Counted from the stretch's first letter, positions 44,039-54,718 are shown. The stretch is DNA of 59,102 bases from Kiritimatiellia bacterium (GCA_018399555.1 JAGYOL010000002.1:1-59102); one strand, 5' to 3'. Program-made: numbers and translations. Notes: generated by a model not told the origin, from the letters alone.

Positions 44039-45050
44039 GAGTATTCTATATATGCTGTTTGTCAACAACGGCTACTGGAAACTGCTTGCTCTGGTGATAG
44101 CGCTGCTGATCTATTTCAGCATCCGCTCGGATATCAGTCACATGCGGGTTCTTTCGGTGCCGGTTGAGGTGCGAACCGACGATGAAGCCGAGAATGTCGC
44201 CATCTGGTCGGTTGAGCCCCGTTCGGTCAAGGTACGCATCAGAGGTTCTTACATCAAAACCAGCGAGATCGCGCAGTCCGCTCTGAAATGCGTTATTCGT
44301 GCGCGTCACAAAAGTTCCGGTATTCTTGATCCGGTCAGGCTCAAGATTCGCGCAAAACACATTCAGGGTGCCCGGGATGTGCGGGTTGTCAATATCGAGC
44401 CGAATTATGTTGATGTTAAATTTGATGTGCCGGAAAGCATTTCACTGGCGGTGGCACCGCCGGCACTGGAGGGCATCGCACGCGGTACGGTTCGGCTTTC
44501 CTATGATTCCACCAATGCGGTGGTAACCGGTTCGCGTCGTTTGCTGCAGAGTCTGGATATAGAGAATGCCCAGGTGCAGGCCGAGCCGATCAACGTAAGC
44601 GGACGGCTGGAAAGTTTTACAACCCGTGTTCGGCTGGTTCCGCCCGGTGACTCATCAAATGTAAGTGTCGACCCGGCAGAGATTGTGGTTGACGTTTCAA
44701 TTACCAGTCAGAGGTTGACCAGAAAAATCGAGCAGGTTCCCGTTGTCATAACCCTGCCGCCAGGGTTCAACAGCCGCTGGAAAGTTGAACCATCCGCAGT
44801 CACGATTGAAGTGACCGGACGTTCGGAGGTTGTCGGAGGGCTGGATTACGGCGATATTCTGGCATCGGTCAAGGGTAATATGCCATTTCTACCCGGTTTG
44901 ACCAACGAAGTGACTGTGCTGGTGCACTCTCGGCAGGAGTTGGCGATTGATGAGGCCAAGGCCGATCCCGCCAAAGTTAAGCTTGTTGCTTTAAATCTTC
45001 CTGAAAATGAAAAAAAAGCTGACGCACCGGCCGCGTCTTCCACGCAGTAA
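44019..45050 (+). CDS. cdaR: CdaR-like regulator (YbbR-repeat protein)
   Basis: N-terminal TM segment followed by repeated beta-rich YbbR-like modules (VPV.V......V..V.P..V.V.G). ATG at 44019 follows AAGGAG and overlaps the cdaA end by 20 nt. Position immediately after cdaA. Confidence 0.72.
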   Translation: MQIKVAKSILYMLFVNNGYWKLLALVIALLIYFSIRSDISHMRVLSVPVEVRTDDEAENVAIWSVEPRSVKVRIRGSYIKTSEIAQSALKCVIRARHKSSGILDPVRLKIRAKHIQGARDVRVVNIEPNYVDVKFDVPESISLAVAPPALEGIARGTVRLSYDSTNAVVTGSRRLLQSLDIENAQVQAEPINVSGRLESFTTRVRLVPPGDSSNVSVDPAEIVVDVSITSQRLTRKIEQVPVVITLPPGFNSRWKVEPSAVTIEVTGRSEVVGGLDYGDILASVKGNMPFLPGLTNEVTVLVHSRQELAIDEAKADPAKVKLVALNLPENEKKADAPAASSTQ

Positions 45051-45059
45051 TTTATTGTC

Positions 45060-47753
45060 ATGGCTACAGATAAATCAAAGAGAAGCAAAAACAGAAAGAA
45101 CAGCGTAACCGATTCCGAAAGAAATGACTGGGAACGGCGAATCCGTATGCAGGTTCGTGGCTACATTCTGCTGCCGCTCTCGATCTTTCCGCTACTGAGC
45201 ATCATCACATATGACTGGCGGGATATCAGCTGGCTCAATTCACCGCCGTTGTCGCCGGTGTCCAACTGGATCGGACCGGTCGGTGCATGGTCGGTCTTTA
45301 TCGGCTATTCATTCATCGGCATTGCGTTGTGGGCAGTGCCGTTCTTTGTGATTCTTCTGGGTGTGCTGATGGTGACTGGACGGATCGTTTATTTTCTGCG
45401 CAGGCTGTTGTGGGTTCTGCTTTTCATAATTGCTTTGGCCTGTATGTTGCAACTGGGCAGTGAGGGCATTCTCAAGGATTTATTGAAAGATCTGAATATC
45501 TATCCGAACGCCGGCGGCATGGTCGGTTATTGGTTGATGACCTGTGCTCTGACCCGCTGGATCAGTCCGGTCGGCAGCGGAATTCTGATGCTTTGTCTGA
45601 TGTGCTTTGCGTTATTTATGACAATTGGTGTGCGCAATTTCGTGTTGCTGCTGATGTGGAGCGGCGAGAGGCTACTGCCGCGGGAAGAGGAGCAGGATGA
45701 CGATGCCGGTGCCAAAGTTGAAAAAGTTTCCGCACGCGAGGCGGCCCGTGCGGCTCGCGCCGCCGCCAAAGTGGCGCGGCGTGAAGAACGCGAGGAACAG
45801 CGCAGATTGAAGCAGGCGGAGATTGAGGCCCGGCGCAAAGAGCGCGAAACGGAGTTGAAAGCCAAAGAACAGGCTAAGCTGCGTTTGAAAGAGGCTTCGC
45901 GTAAACAGCAGCAGGAGCTTGAAATTCAGCGTATCCGTGAGCAGGCCGACCGTGCCCGTCGGGCCGCGCTTGAAGCGCAGCATAAACTCCGCACCGCTGA
46001 GAAACCGGCCGGTGAACCGAGTGTCAAACCGCGGTTGCGTTCCGTCGCTCCGCAATCCGGAGCTGATAATGATGCAGCTCAACCTTCTTCACCCAACGCA
46101 AAAAATTCGCGCCGTGCCTCCTCGGAAAATCAGACGGACAATAGTAAAGCATCGGCCAAAGAGATCGATTATATGCTGCCACCCGTTGATCTGCTGGATC
46201 CGCTGCCTGTTGACAAGGCTGATCATGGCAGCGTCGAGGAGGTTGCCGGTGAACTGGTCACAGTGCTCAACCATTTCAAGATTCCCTCTGAGGTTGTCGG
46301 AATAAAACCGGGACCGGTGGTTACACAATATGAAATCCAGCCGGCGCCACATATCCGGATTGAGCGTATTGTAAATCTCACCAACAATCTCAAGATGAGT
46401 CTCGCTGCGGCCAGTCTGCGCGTGGAGGCTCCGATCCCCGGCAAAAAAGCGGTCGGTGTCGAAATTCCCAATAAAAAAGCGCGTTTGGTAACCTTTCGAT
46501 CGGTAATTGAAAGCGATGAGTGGCAGCGGAACAAAATGAATATTCCGCTGGTGCTCGGCAAGCTGGTCTCCGGTGAGGATTTCGTTTACGACCTTACCAA
46601 GGCGCCGCATATGATGGTGGCTGGCTCAACCGGTTCCGGTAAGAGTGTCTGCTTGAATGCTTTTCTCTGCGGCATTCTGATGAGCCGCACACCGGAGCAG
46701 CTCCGACTTATCCTGATTGATCCCAAGCGGGTTGAGTTCGTCGCCTACAATGATCTGCCACATCTGCTGGTTCCCGTAATCAACGATCCCAACAAGGTGG
46801 TCTTCGGCCTGAAATGGGCCTTGAGCGAAATGGATAAACGTTATCGTCTGTTGCAGAAGGTCAGTGCCAGGAATATCGTTGACTATAACAACCGTCCGCA
46901 GGTTCGCGAGACCGATCTCTTTGACGGTGAAGTCGAGACGCAAAGCGATGACCCTGCCAAACTGCCCTACATTGTAATTGTGATCGATGAGGTGGCCGAT
47001 ATTATGAGTTCCGCCGGCAAAGAGGTGGAGCCGATTATCAACCGGTTGTGCGCACTCTCACGTGCGGTTGGTATTCATATGATTCTGGCTACGCAGCGTC
47101 CTTCGGTTGATGTGATCACCGGCACAATCAAAGCGAACATTCCCGGAAGGATAGCGTTCAAGGTTTCACAGTCTAATGACAGCCGGACTATCCTTGATTC
47201 ACCCGGAGCGGAGAATCTGATCGGTTCGGGGGATATGCTCTTTCTGCAGAGCGGTGCCGATCTGCTGCGTGTTCAGGGGGCCTGGGTTACACCGATGGAG
47301 GTCGGGCGCATAGTCTCGTATGTCAAAGAGCGTCACGCACCGGTTTATGATGAAAAACTTTCAAATCGGCTCGATAAAATCAAAGAGTGTGATCCTGAGG
47401 ATATAATGAAAGAGGACACCGTCGAAGAGAAGGCGGAGAACAACTCTGATTTGTTGCAGGAAAAACGGGAGAGTGAGCTGGAAGACCTTTACAATGACGC
47501 CATCGAGATGATCCGCGTGCATAAAAGGGTCTCCGGTGAACTGGTTCGCCGCAAACTCAAGGTCGGATATTCACGCGCCAATACCATACTTGATATGCTT
47601 GAGGAGCGCGGTGTTGTTTCACCGCTCTCTTCAACCAATACCCGTGATATACTGATTGACCTCGAACAGCCTGCTCCCGGTACGGAGCTGGGCAATCAGA
47701 GTAGCGAGGATGCTGACAGCGTTAGGGATGATGATCCGGATGATAATTTTTAG
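45060..47753 (+). CDS. ftsK: DNA translocase FtsK
   Basis: Four N-terminal TM helices, a long Arg/Glu/Ala-rich linker, the motor domain with MVAGSTGSGKSV and VIVIDEVAD, and a gamma winged-helix (ISYVKERHAP.../MLEERGVVSP). Confidence 0.95.
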   Translation: MATDKSKRSKNRKNSVTDSERNDWERRIRMQVRGYILLPLSIFPLLSIITYDWRDISWLNSPPLSPVSNWIGPVGAWSVFIGYSFIGIALWAVPFFVILLGVLMVTGRIVYFLRRLLWVLLFIIALACMLQLGSEGILKDLLKDLNIYPNAGGMVGYWLMTCALTRWISPVGSGILMLCLMCFALFMTIGVRNFVLLLMWSGERLLPREEEQDDDAGAKVEKVSAREAARAARAAAKVARREEREEQRRLKQAEIEARRKERETELKAKEQAKLRLKEASRKQQQELEIQRIREQADRARRAALEAQHKLRTAEKPAGEPSVKPRLRSVAPQSGADNDAAQPSSPNAKNSRRASSENQTDNSKASAKEIDYMLPPVDLLDPLPVDKADHGSVEEVAGELVTVLNHFKIPSEVVGIKPGPVVTQYEIQPAPHIRIERIVNLTNNLKMSLAAASLRVEAPIPGKKAVGVEIPNKKARLVTFRSVIESDEWQRNKMNIPLVLGKLVSGEDFVYDLTKAPHMMVAGSTGSGKSVCLNAFLCGILMSRTPEQLRLILIDPKRVEFVAYNDLPHLLVPVINDPNKVVFGLKWALSEMDKRYRLLQKVSARNIVDYNNRPQVRETDLFDGEVETQSDDPAKLPYIVIVIDEVADIMSSAGKEVEPIINRLCALSRAVGIHMILATQRPSVDVITGTIKANIPGRIAFKVSQSNDSRTILDSPGAENLIGSGDMLFLQSGADLLRVQGAWVTPMEVGRIVSYVKERHAPVYDEKLSNRLDKIKECDPEDIMKEDTVEEKAENNSDLLQEKRESELEDLYNDAIEMIRVHKRVSGELVRRKLKVGYSRANTILDMLEERGVVSPLSSTNTRDILIDLEQPAPGTELGNQSSEDADSVRDDDPDDNF

Positions 47754-47773
47754 TGAGATGAAAGGTTGTTGAT

Positions 47774-49021
47774 ATGGCACTGGGACGTATTTTAAGAGAG
47801 GCGCGCGAGGCGCGGGGCTTATCCATCAGTGATGTTGCCGAACATACCAATATGATGGTTCAGGTGGTCGGAGAGCTTGAAAATGAGGATTTTCACCGCA
47901 TTGCCGCACCCATTTACGGTCGTGGTTTTCTGAAACTCTATGCTGAACTTCTCGATCTGGATGTACAGCCGCTGATCGATGAGTTTATGGACATCTATAC
48001 CGGCAAGATTGTCCCGACGGTTCTGCAGAAAGAGGTTGAAGCTCCTGAATCACCGAGAATTCCGCTTGCCCGAAGTCCTGAAGAACAATTCCTCCCCCGT
48101 GAACAACCCTGTGAATCTTCGCTGGCAGAGGTGCCTGCGGCAGTTGAAAAACATGATGAGCCTGCCGTAGCTCAACCTGCTGCCGCCGGTAGTTCCGAAG
48201 TGTCGCCGCCGCGCCGCGCACCGGTTGTACCGCAGCGGGCTGTGCGTAATTTAAACACTCAACCCAAACCGGCGGATGACGATAATATTCCGTCACCCAG
48301 CCTGGCGAGCGACAGTGAGGCGGAGGAGTTGTTTAATGCTTTGTCTGCCGAGTCCGAACCGCAAAAATCCGAAAAAATTCCTCCCATGGAGAATGAGCAG
48401 AGTGCTCCCGTCGCGCTGGATGGGTCGGCAGCAATTCTCCCTGCCCCCGGTGAAGAGTTGTTCAATGAAGATGAACCCAATCTCTTCAACACCTCACCGC
48501 TGCAGGAACGTATCGCCGAAGCGCGTCGTCTGATGCAGGAGAAAGCCGACGCAGAGCAGGAGGAAATAAAAGAGAAGAAGAACGCCTCTTTGCATCTCAG
48601 TCCCAATCAGCGTCTGCCCGTTTTTCAGATAGGCGGGCGTATGGAGAAGGTTTATGAGGCGGAGAGACGCAAGGCTCCGTCGCTGAAACGCGATTCAATC
48701 CTGTTTCGGCTGAAAGATTTGTTTCGTCCGATCGGCAGAATGGCTCATAAAACCACTTTGCTAATGCCTTTTGATTTTGATGTTTCGCGTCGCGGGATGC
48801 TTGTTTACGGTCTTCTGAGTCTGCTTGTGCTGGCTTTACTCTATGGCGGAATCAGAGCTGTTTATCGACTGACCCGTGCGGAACCCGGAAGTGCGGAAGA
48901 GCAACGTCAGGTTGTAACGGAGAGAGTTATGCCTGAGAAAAGTGCCGAGAGTGTGGTCTCCGTACCAGCTAAAAATGATCAACAGCGTCCCGTGCCGCCG
49001 CCGGATATGTATATTGATTGA
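47774..49021 (+). CDS. RodZ-like cytoskeleton-associated protein (N-terminal HTH, acidic/Pro-rich linker, single TM near the C-terminus)
   Basis: LGRILREAREARGLSISDVAEHTNM...IYGRGFLKLYAELLDLD, and the TM segment GLLSLLVLALLYGGI. Confidence 0.65.
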   Translation: MALGRILREAREARGLSISDVAEHTNMMVQVVGELENEDFHRIAAPIYGRGFLKLYAELLDLDVQPLIDEFMDIYTGKIVPTVLQKEVEAPESPRIPLARSPEEQFLPREQPCESSLAEVPAAVEKHDEPAVAQPAAAGSSEVSPPRRAPVVPQRAVRNLNTQPKPADDDNIPSPSLASDSEAEELFNALSAESEPQKSEKIPPMENEQSAPVALDGSAAILPAPGEELFNEDEPNLFNTSPLQERIAEARRLMQEKADAEQEEIKEKKNASLHLSPNQRLPVFQIGGRMEKVYEAERRKAPSLKRDSILFRLKDLFRPIGRMAHKTTLLMPFDFDVSRRGMLVYGLLSLLVLALLYGGIRAVYRLTRAEPGSAEEQRQVVTERVMPEKSAESVVSVPAKNDQQRPVPPPDMYID

Positions 49022-49222
49022 CCATTGCTTGACATGTTCCGTAATTGAGAGCCTTCACCGAAGGTCAATGTAAACATGCCGGTCCTAAACGAACTTGCTG
49101 TCCTCCGGCGCAGAGCCGGTTGAAAAACCGTGCCTGCATTACTGTTCCGTACAGCGGAGCTGCCTGATCCGGGCACACTTCCGGATCGAACCTGGGTTAT
49201 AACACAGAGAAGGAGACAGAAT

Positions 49223-50776
49223 ATGCTGAAATCACTGATCACCGCAGCGATCTGCACCGGTTTTGCCACCATTGCCGCGGAAACTCCGAACATACTTTTT
49301 ATCATCGCTGATGACTGGTCTTTCGGCCATGCGGGTGTCTATGGCTGCGATTGGGTTGAAACACCCTCTTTCGATAGCATTGCCCGGGATGGAATTCTCT
49401 TTTCCAATGCCTATACCCCTTGTGCCAAATGTGCTCCATCCAGAGCGTGTATTGTCACCGGACGGAATCCCTGGCAACTGGAGGAGGCCGCCAATCACTG
49501 GTGCTATTTCCCCGTCAAATTCAAGACATTTGTCGAGGCGCTCGGTTCAAACGGCTATTTCACCGGGATGACTGCCAAGGGCTGGGCACCCGGTATCGCC
49601 CGTAATGCCGACGGCAGCAACCGCCTGATGACCGGTCGTCCGTTTAACCGGCGTAAATGCACTCCGCCCGCTAAGGGCATCAGCAGTAACGACTACGCGG
49701 CCAATTTTGCCGATTTTCTGGATGCGGCACCTGCAAACCGTCCATGGTGCTTCTGGCTGGGTTCCACTGAACCGCATCGCGGTTACGAGTTTATGAGCGG
49801 TGCATCAAAAGGGGGGAAAAGTGTTGATGATATAGACCGCGTCCCCTCGTACTGGCCGGATAACCCGACGGTTCGGCATGATATGCTGGATTATGCCTTT
49901 GAAGTCGAGCATTTCGATCGGCATATCGGACGTTCAATCGCGGAACTGGAAAAACGAGGAGTGCTTGACAATACCCTGGTGGTCGTTACCTCGGATAACG
50001 GCATGCCCTTTCCGCGTGTCAAGGGCCAGACCTACTACCACTCAAATCGTCTGCCGCTGGCGATGATGTGGAGGGAAGGCATCAAAAATCCCGGCAGAAT
50101 AATCGAGGATTATGTCAGTTTCATTGATTTTGCCGCCACCTTTTTAGATGTGGCGGGCATCACCTTGGAGCAGAGTGGCATGCAGCCGATCACCGGAAGA
50201 AGTATGACCGATATTATGTACTCAGCCGTAAGCGGACATGTTAATCCGGCGCGCGACCACCTGCTGGTCGGACGTGAACGCAACGATTACGGGCGTCCCG
50301 GTGATGTCGGCTATCCCATGCGCGGCATTATCAAAGACAACATGCTATATCTTCAGAATTTCAAGCCGGATCGTTATCCTTCCTGCAATCCTGAAACCGG
50401 TTATCTTGATGTTGACGGCAGTCCGACCAAAACTGAGGTGCTGAAAAGCAGAACTTCAGAGGCTGATAAGCGCTATTGGCAGGTCACTTTCGGCAAACGC
50501 GGTGCCGAGGAGCTCTATGATCTGAAACGGGATCAGGATTGCATGAACAACCTGGTGGGTTCCGAAAAACACAGTGCGCTTGCCGCATCCCTGAAATCAG
50601 AACTGCTTGAACATCTGCGCCGGCAGAAGGATCCGAGGGTACTCGGTAACGGCGATATTTTCGACTCGTATCCCAATGCCGACACTAAAAATGTGAACTT
50701 CTACGAACGCTACATGAGTGGCGAAAAGATGAAGGCCGGCTGGGTCAATGAATCCGATTTTGAGGTGATTGAGTGA
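49223..50776 (+). CDS. Sulfatase (Cys-type)
   Basis: ATG at 49223 after AGGAGA, signal peptide, [25 protein letters not shown]. Confidence 0.9.
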   Translation: MLKSLITAAICTGFATIAAETPNILFIIADDWSFGHAGVYGCDWVETPSFDSIARDGILFSNAYTPCAKCAPSRACIVTGRNPWQLEEAANHWCYFPVKFKTFVEALGSNGYFTGMTAKGWAPGIARNADGSNRLMTGRPFNRRKCTPPAKGISSNDYAANFADFLDAAPANRPWCFWLGSTEPHRGYEFMSGASKGGKSVDDIDRVPSYWPDNPTVRHDMLDYAFEVEHFDRHIGRSIAELEKRGVLDNTLVVVTSDNGMPFPRVKGQTYYHSNRLPLAMMWREGIKNPGRIIEDYVSFIDFAATFLDVAGITLEQSGMQPITGRSMTDIMYSAVSGHVNPARDHLLVGRERNDYGRPGDVGYPMRGIIKDNMLYLQNFKPDRYPSCNPETGYLDVDGSPTKTEVLKSRTSEADKRYWQVTFGKRGAEELYDLKRDQDCMNNLVGSEKHSALAASLKSELLEHLRRQKDPRVLGNGDIFDSYPNADTKNVNFYERYMSGEKMKAGWVNESDFEVIE

Positions 50777-50797
50777 GGCCGCGCGTGCCTGTCTGAT

Positions 50798-51862
50798 ATG
50801 CGCACACTACTGATATCATCGCCAGCCGGAAATATTGAGGCTGAGCTTGCCGTAGTTGACAGTTGGTACGGTACCACTTTTTATCCGGCTCTCTGTGTAC
50901 TCCGGATACTCTCACATGGTGCGGTGCTAGCTGTTTCGGACGCGCTGAGGCAAAGTGACGGTGCTATCTGCCATTCACTTGAACTTTGTGACGTAACAGA
51001 ACCGCAGCTTGTTCCGATGCGGCTGGGTGATGCCGTGCAACGCGATTTGAGACTGCGGCGGCGCGGGTGCAAATCTGATTCAGAAACCCTCGATTTATGT
51101 CTGCGCGTATCGGATATCAGTGTTTATTTCACTCTCAGCGGAAGAGGCTTTGAACAGGGGATCGGGCAGAATTTTATGAGCTTTGCGCAACCCTGCCGAT
51201 TGCTTTCAAAGTCCGGCGAAACACCCTCAGTGGCCTTTGTCGGAACTGGAATGACAGCGGCTTGCTGGTACAGTGAGCGGGCTCTACATTTCGTTCTTTT
51301 CCGCCGACCCGGGGAGCTGCCGGAAAACCGTTTCAAGGTTCCCGGTTGTGCGGTGCCGCTTGAGATTGCCGATGCAGCGCATGCTGCCTGCATTTTATAC
51401 ACAAAACTGCCTTTTATGCCTGATTTATCGGTGGAACCACAGTATGGCAGTGCCGTGCGTTCATCCTTTAAATCGGCTTTTTCAATGATTCTGGAGCATT
51501 TTGGAGACGCTGATGAAGAGGATGATTTTGTGGTGCTTCGGGGCAACCCCGGAGAATTTGCGGTTGTTGCCAGACGTTGTGGCGAGAGCTGGACGGTGGC
51601 TGGCATCGCTGGCCACGCGCTGACTTTGACGGTTCGGTTTGAAGAGTTGTGGTGGCGTCTGCCGACCAACTTGCGCGCCCTGCGCTGGAGTGCATCTCTG
51701 CGGCGGGATCCGGTTCTGAATGAGTCTGCGGAGCTGGTGGACGAAACTTTCAACAGATTGGCTCCGGATGTGCGTATCGCCCTTGAAATAAAAACGAATG
51801 GCGGTTTTATGATCAAATTTAAGCCGGATAACGATCATTGCCAAACAGGAGGAGGTTGTTGA
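50798..51862 (+). CDS. Hypothetical protein with GH97-like N- and C-terminal beta-sandwich segments but no room for the catalytic barrel
   Basis: LISSPAGNIEAELAV resembles the GH97 N-domain start. GEFAVVARRCGESWTVAGIAG..LTLTVRFEEL and IALEIKTNGGFMIKFKP resemble the GH97 C-domain. Total length is only 354 aa and there is no signal peptide. Confidence 0.5.
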   Translation: MRTLLISSPAGNIEAELAVVDSWYGTTFYPALCVLRILSHGAVLAVSDALRQSDGAICHSLELCDVTEPQLVPMRLGDAVQRDLRLRRRGCKSDSETLDLCLRVSDISVYFTLSGRGFEQGIGQNFMSFAQPCRLLSKSGETPSVAFVGTGMTAACWYSERALHFVLFRRPGELPENRFKVPGCAVPLEIADAAHAACILYTKLPFMPDLSVEPQYGSAVRSSFKSAFSMILEHFGDADEEDDFVVLRGNPGEFAVVARRCGESWTVAGIAGHALTLTVRFEELWWRLPTNLRALRWSASLRRDPVLNESAELVDETFNRLAPDVRIALEIKTNGGFMIKFKPDNDHCQTGGGC

Positions 51863-51864
51863 TT

Positions 51865-52821
51865 TTGAGCTGTAATTCGGGAAAAGAGAGTGAAAAACCA
51901 TCTGTTGCAGGGCGGAGTTTCGAAGTGTGTGTGCCCGACTCGGGGGTCGACAGCCGTCTGGATCTGTGGCTGGCGCGTGTATGTCCGGGGATATCACGTG
52001 CGCGGATTCAACAGCTGATCAAAGCCGGTCGGGTTACACAGTCTGGTCAGCCGGTTAAAGCGGATTCAAATCCGGCGGCTGGTTCCTGCTACCGGATTAC
52101 CATTCCGCCTCCTCTGCCGGCGGTTCCCGAGCCGGAAGCGATCGCACTCGATGTGCTGTATGAAGACCATGACTGCATTGTGCTGAACAAACCGTCCGGG
52201 CTTGTGGTTCATCCGGCTCCCGGTCACTCATCCGGTACGCTGGTGAATGCCTTGCTGTATCACTGTCGCGATCTGCAGGGTGTCGGCGGAGTCGAGCGTC
52301 CCGGTATTGTGCACCGTCTGGATAAGGATACTTCAGGCGTGATGGCGGTGGCGAAAAATGATGCTGCTATGGCGGGGTTTGTCCGCCTCTTCCAAAGCGG
52401 CGGAATCAAAAAGGAGTATCTCGCGCTTGTGCATGGCGCACCTGAGGATGCAGATGGTATGATCAGCGGTTTGATCGGACGCGATCCACGCAACCGCAAG
52501 AAGATGGCGGTGGTTAAGGTCAACGGTAAATACGCATTGACCCGCTATCGCATCGAGCGCAGAATAGATGCGATTACATTGGTGCACTGCCGCATTGAAA
52601 CCGGACGTACCCACCAGATTCGTGTGCATCTCAAATCGCTGGGCACACCGGTAATCGGAGATGCTCTTTACGGACGAACGGCACTGGATAAAAAGTTGAG
52701 TGTCCCGCCGCAGCGTCAGATGCTGCATGCGTATCGTCTTTCGTTCCGGCATCCCGTCAGCGACGCCGAACTAGCCCTAAAAGCCCCTCTGCCCGCTGAT
52801 TTCAGGCTTTATCTGCCGTAA
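51865..52821 (+). CDS. rluD: 23S rRNA pseudouridine synthase, RluA/RluD family
   Basis: S4-like RLDLWLA and catalytic HRLDKDTSGVM, plus TGRTHQIRVHL. The TTG at 51865 lies 9 nt after AGGAGGAGG; the track start at 51838 is also TTG and overlaps the upstream gene. Confidence 0.88.
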   Translation: MSCNSGKESEKPSVAGRSFEVCVPDSGVDSRLDLWLARVCPGISRARIQQLIKAGRVTQSGQPVKADSNPAAGSCYRITIPPPLPAVPEPEAIALDVLYEDHDCIVLNKPSGLVVHPAPGHSSGTLVNALLYHCRDLQGVGGVERPGIVHRLDKDTSGVMAVAKNDAAMAGFVRLFQSGGIKKEYLALVHGAPEDADGMISGLIGRDPRNRKKMAVVKVNGKYALTRYRIERRIDAITLVHCRIETGRTHQIRVHLKSLGTPVIGDALYGRTALDKKLSVPPQRQMLHAYRLSFRHPVSDAELALKAPLPADFRLYLP

Positions 52822-52832
52822 GTAATCCTGCT

Positions 52833-54161
52833 TCAGTAACCAATGTTTTTCTTCAACTCGTCGAGTGTTTTAGCGGTTCCGATTTCGGAGTAGTGGTCGG
52901 CTTTTTCAGTGGTCAGGGCGGGTAGTGCGCCGACCGCTGCAAAGAAATCATTGCGTTCTTTCGCGCTGGCAAACAATTCGACGGCTTTATCTCCGCAGTA
53001 AGGCAGATCGGCGAACTCTGCGAGAACCGTCTGGCCCACCATTATATTGGCTCCGCGGGTAAACTCCTGCCGGTATCTGTTCAGAACTGTTCCGCTGATA
53101 TCATCCACAAAGGGCAACCCGCCCTTGTTCATCTCGGTTCCGATGTTGATCGGCATATCACGTTTGACTGCGCCCGCGACGATCTCATCGAGCTTTTTCT
53201 GTTTTAAAGCGGCGACATCCGGATTCTTGTAGTTCCAGTTGCGATCCGGAATAATATTGAGGGCCGCGCAACCCATGCCGCACATCAGATCAAGCAGTGC
53301 TTCGGCATCGGCTTCACCTCCGCTTGTACCGTCCAGCCAGGCGATTGTGGGTATTGCCCCGCACTCCCGCACCCAGCAGACAAAATCAGATGCCGGAGGG
53401 AAGGTTGCGCTGGTGGGCTGGATATATCCGATGCCGCCGCGCTTGGCCAGCGCGTTGCGTATCAGATCCTCCAGCTTGGGAATATCTCTGCGCAGCACAA
53501 TGAATTCAGCACTGGTGCATTTCAAGAGCGGGGCCCAGAACTCCGCCAGTTGCGCTTCGGCTGTGAAGTTGCGTTCCGCACACTTACGGTAGGCCCGCAC
53601 AATGTGGCGCTCTGTTGCGACGCCCCGGGGGGTCAGCGGTGTCACATCGCGTTCATAGTCGATCGCAATCGCTGGTAGCCGTTCGTTGATTCGTTCGATC
53701 AATGCCAGATTACGCCGCTGGGCACCGGCGCGCAACGCTGCGAGGGTCTGTCCGGCTGGGCTTCCGGTTTCAGGCAACGCGGTGAAACCACACCCCATGA
53801 TGTAGGTGACCCCCGGCTCACCGGGTGAGCTGATGTCGACATCACTAAGTTCAGGAACATAGGCACGGGTTTCCAGATGCACAGCGGTGCGCAGGCCTAT
53901 AATGCGGCCGGCCTCAAGGAACTCACGCATGCCGTCGAGAACGTCGAAATCGCAGAGAGCTGCGGAGTGCAGTGCCGCCGCCGCGAATTTATAGACGATA
54001 TGCGACGGTGACCATCCCTCGCTGTTGTAGGAGAAGAAAGAGTGACAGTGCATATTGAAAAGCGGAGTGCTCTTTTTGCGCGGCAGGTCTGCCGCCATTT
54101 CAAGCAGAGCTGCTCTGCGTTCCTGAGGATCAAAACTATCTATATTCAAACTCTCGTTCAT
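52833..54161 (-). CDS. PHP-domain-like metal-dependent phosphoesterase family protein (function unknown)
   Basis: N-terminal FNMHCHSFFSYNSEGWSP...ALCDFD resembles PHP motifs I-II. The rest is unassigned. Confidence 0.55.
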   Translation of the reverse strand: MNESLNIDSFDPQERRAALLEMAADLPRKKSTPLFNMHCHSFFSYNSEGWSPSHIVYKFAAAALHSAALCDFDVLDGMREFLEAGRIIGLRTAVHLETRAYVPELSDVDISSPGEPGVTYIMGCGFTALPETGSPAGQTLAALRAGAQRRNLALIERINERLPAIAIDYERDVTPLTPRGVATERHIVRAYRKCAERNFTAEAQLAEFWAPLLKCTSAEFIVLRRDIPKLEDLIRNALAKRGGIGYIQPTSATFPPASDFVCWVRECGAIPTIAWLDGTSGGEADAEALLDLMCGMGCAALNIIPDRNWNYKNPDVAALKQKKLDEIVAGAVKRDMPINIGTEMNKGGLPFVDDISGTVLNRYRQEFTRGANIMVGQTVLAEFADLPYCGDKAVELFASAKERNDFFAAVGALPALTTEKADHYSEIGTAKTLDELKKNIGY

Positions 54162-54718
54162 GGTTGGGTTCTCCGGTCGGTGTTAAGCAGTTCATAAATT
54201 ACAGGATGTTTCTTTGCCACTTCCTGCGGCGTCAATCCATCCAGCTCATGCGGGAAGACAATCCACTTATCGGTTTGTCTTACAAAAAAGTCCGGCTTCA
54301 AATTGGTCTGGTTCTGATCTGGTTTCCAGTATACAGTTGCGAAACGTATATCCAGATGATAGGGTTCCAGACGGCTCAGCACCGCTCGTGCGGTGTTGCC
54401 GGTGTCAAAAATGTCATCCACGATCAGCATGCGGCAACCCGACCGGATGGAATGAAATATTTCATCGGCATTTTCAAAAACAACCTCTTTGGCACGTTCT
54501 TTTATGCCGGTGTAGGATTGGCATTTGAGAATCCGGTGACGCGGACGCAATCCGTGATAATGTAGGAATTCGTGTACGACAACACCGACCGGTGCACCGC
54601 CGCGCCAAAGGGCGATCATATCATCGGGCTGCCAGCCGCTACGCAGAATCATGCTGGCCAGTCGGAAGCTGTCCAGCTGATAATCCTCGGCGGAGAGATA
54701 TCTCTTCTCAAAACTCAT
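54158..54718 (-). CDS. Phosphoribosyltransferase (purine PRTase-like)
   Basis: PRPP-binding loop MLIVDDIFDTGNTA. The stop overlaps the downstream start (ATGA). Confidence 0.85.
   Translation of the reverse strand: MSFEKRYLSAEDYQLDSFRLASMILRSGWQPDDMIALWRGGAPVGVVVHEFLHYHGLRPRHRILKCQSYTGIKERAKEVVFENADEIFHSIRSGCRMLIVDDIFDTGNTARAVLSRLEPYHLDIRFATVYWKPDQNQTNLKPDFFVRQTDKWIVFPHELDGLTPQEVAKKHPVIYELLNTDRRTQP

Noticed and set aside
49170-49200. GGATCGAACC string resembling a tRNA T-arm in the rodZ-sulfatase intergenic region
   Set aside because: The flanking bases cannot form a T-stem on either strand, and no acceptor or anticodon arms can be drawn. It is not a tRNA.
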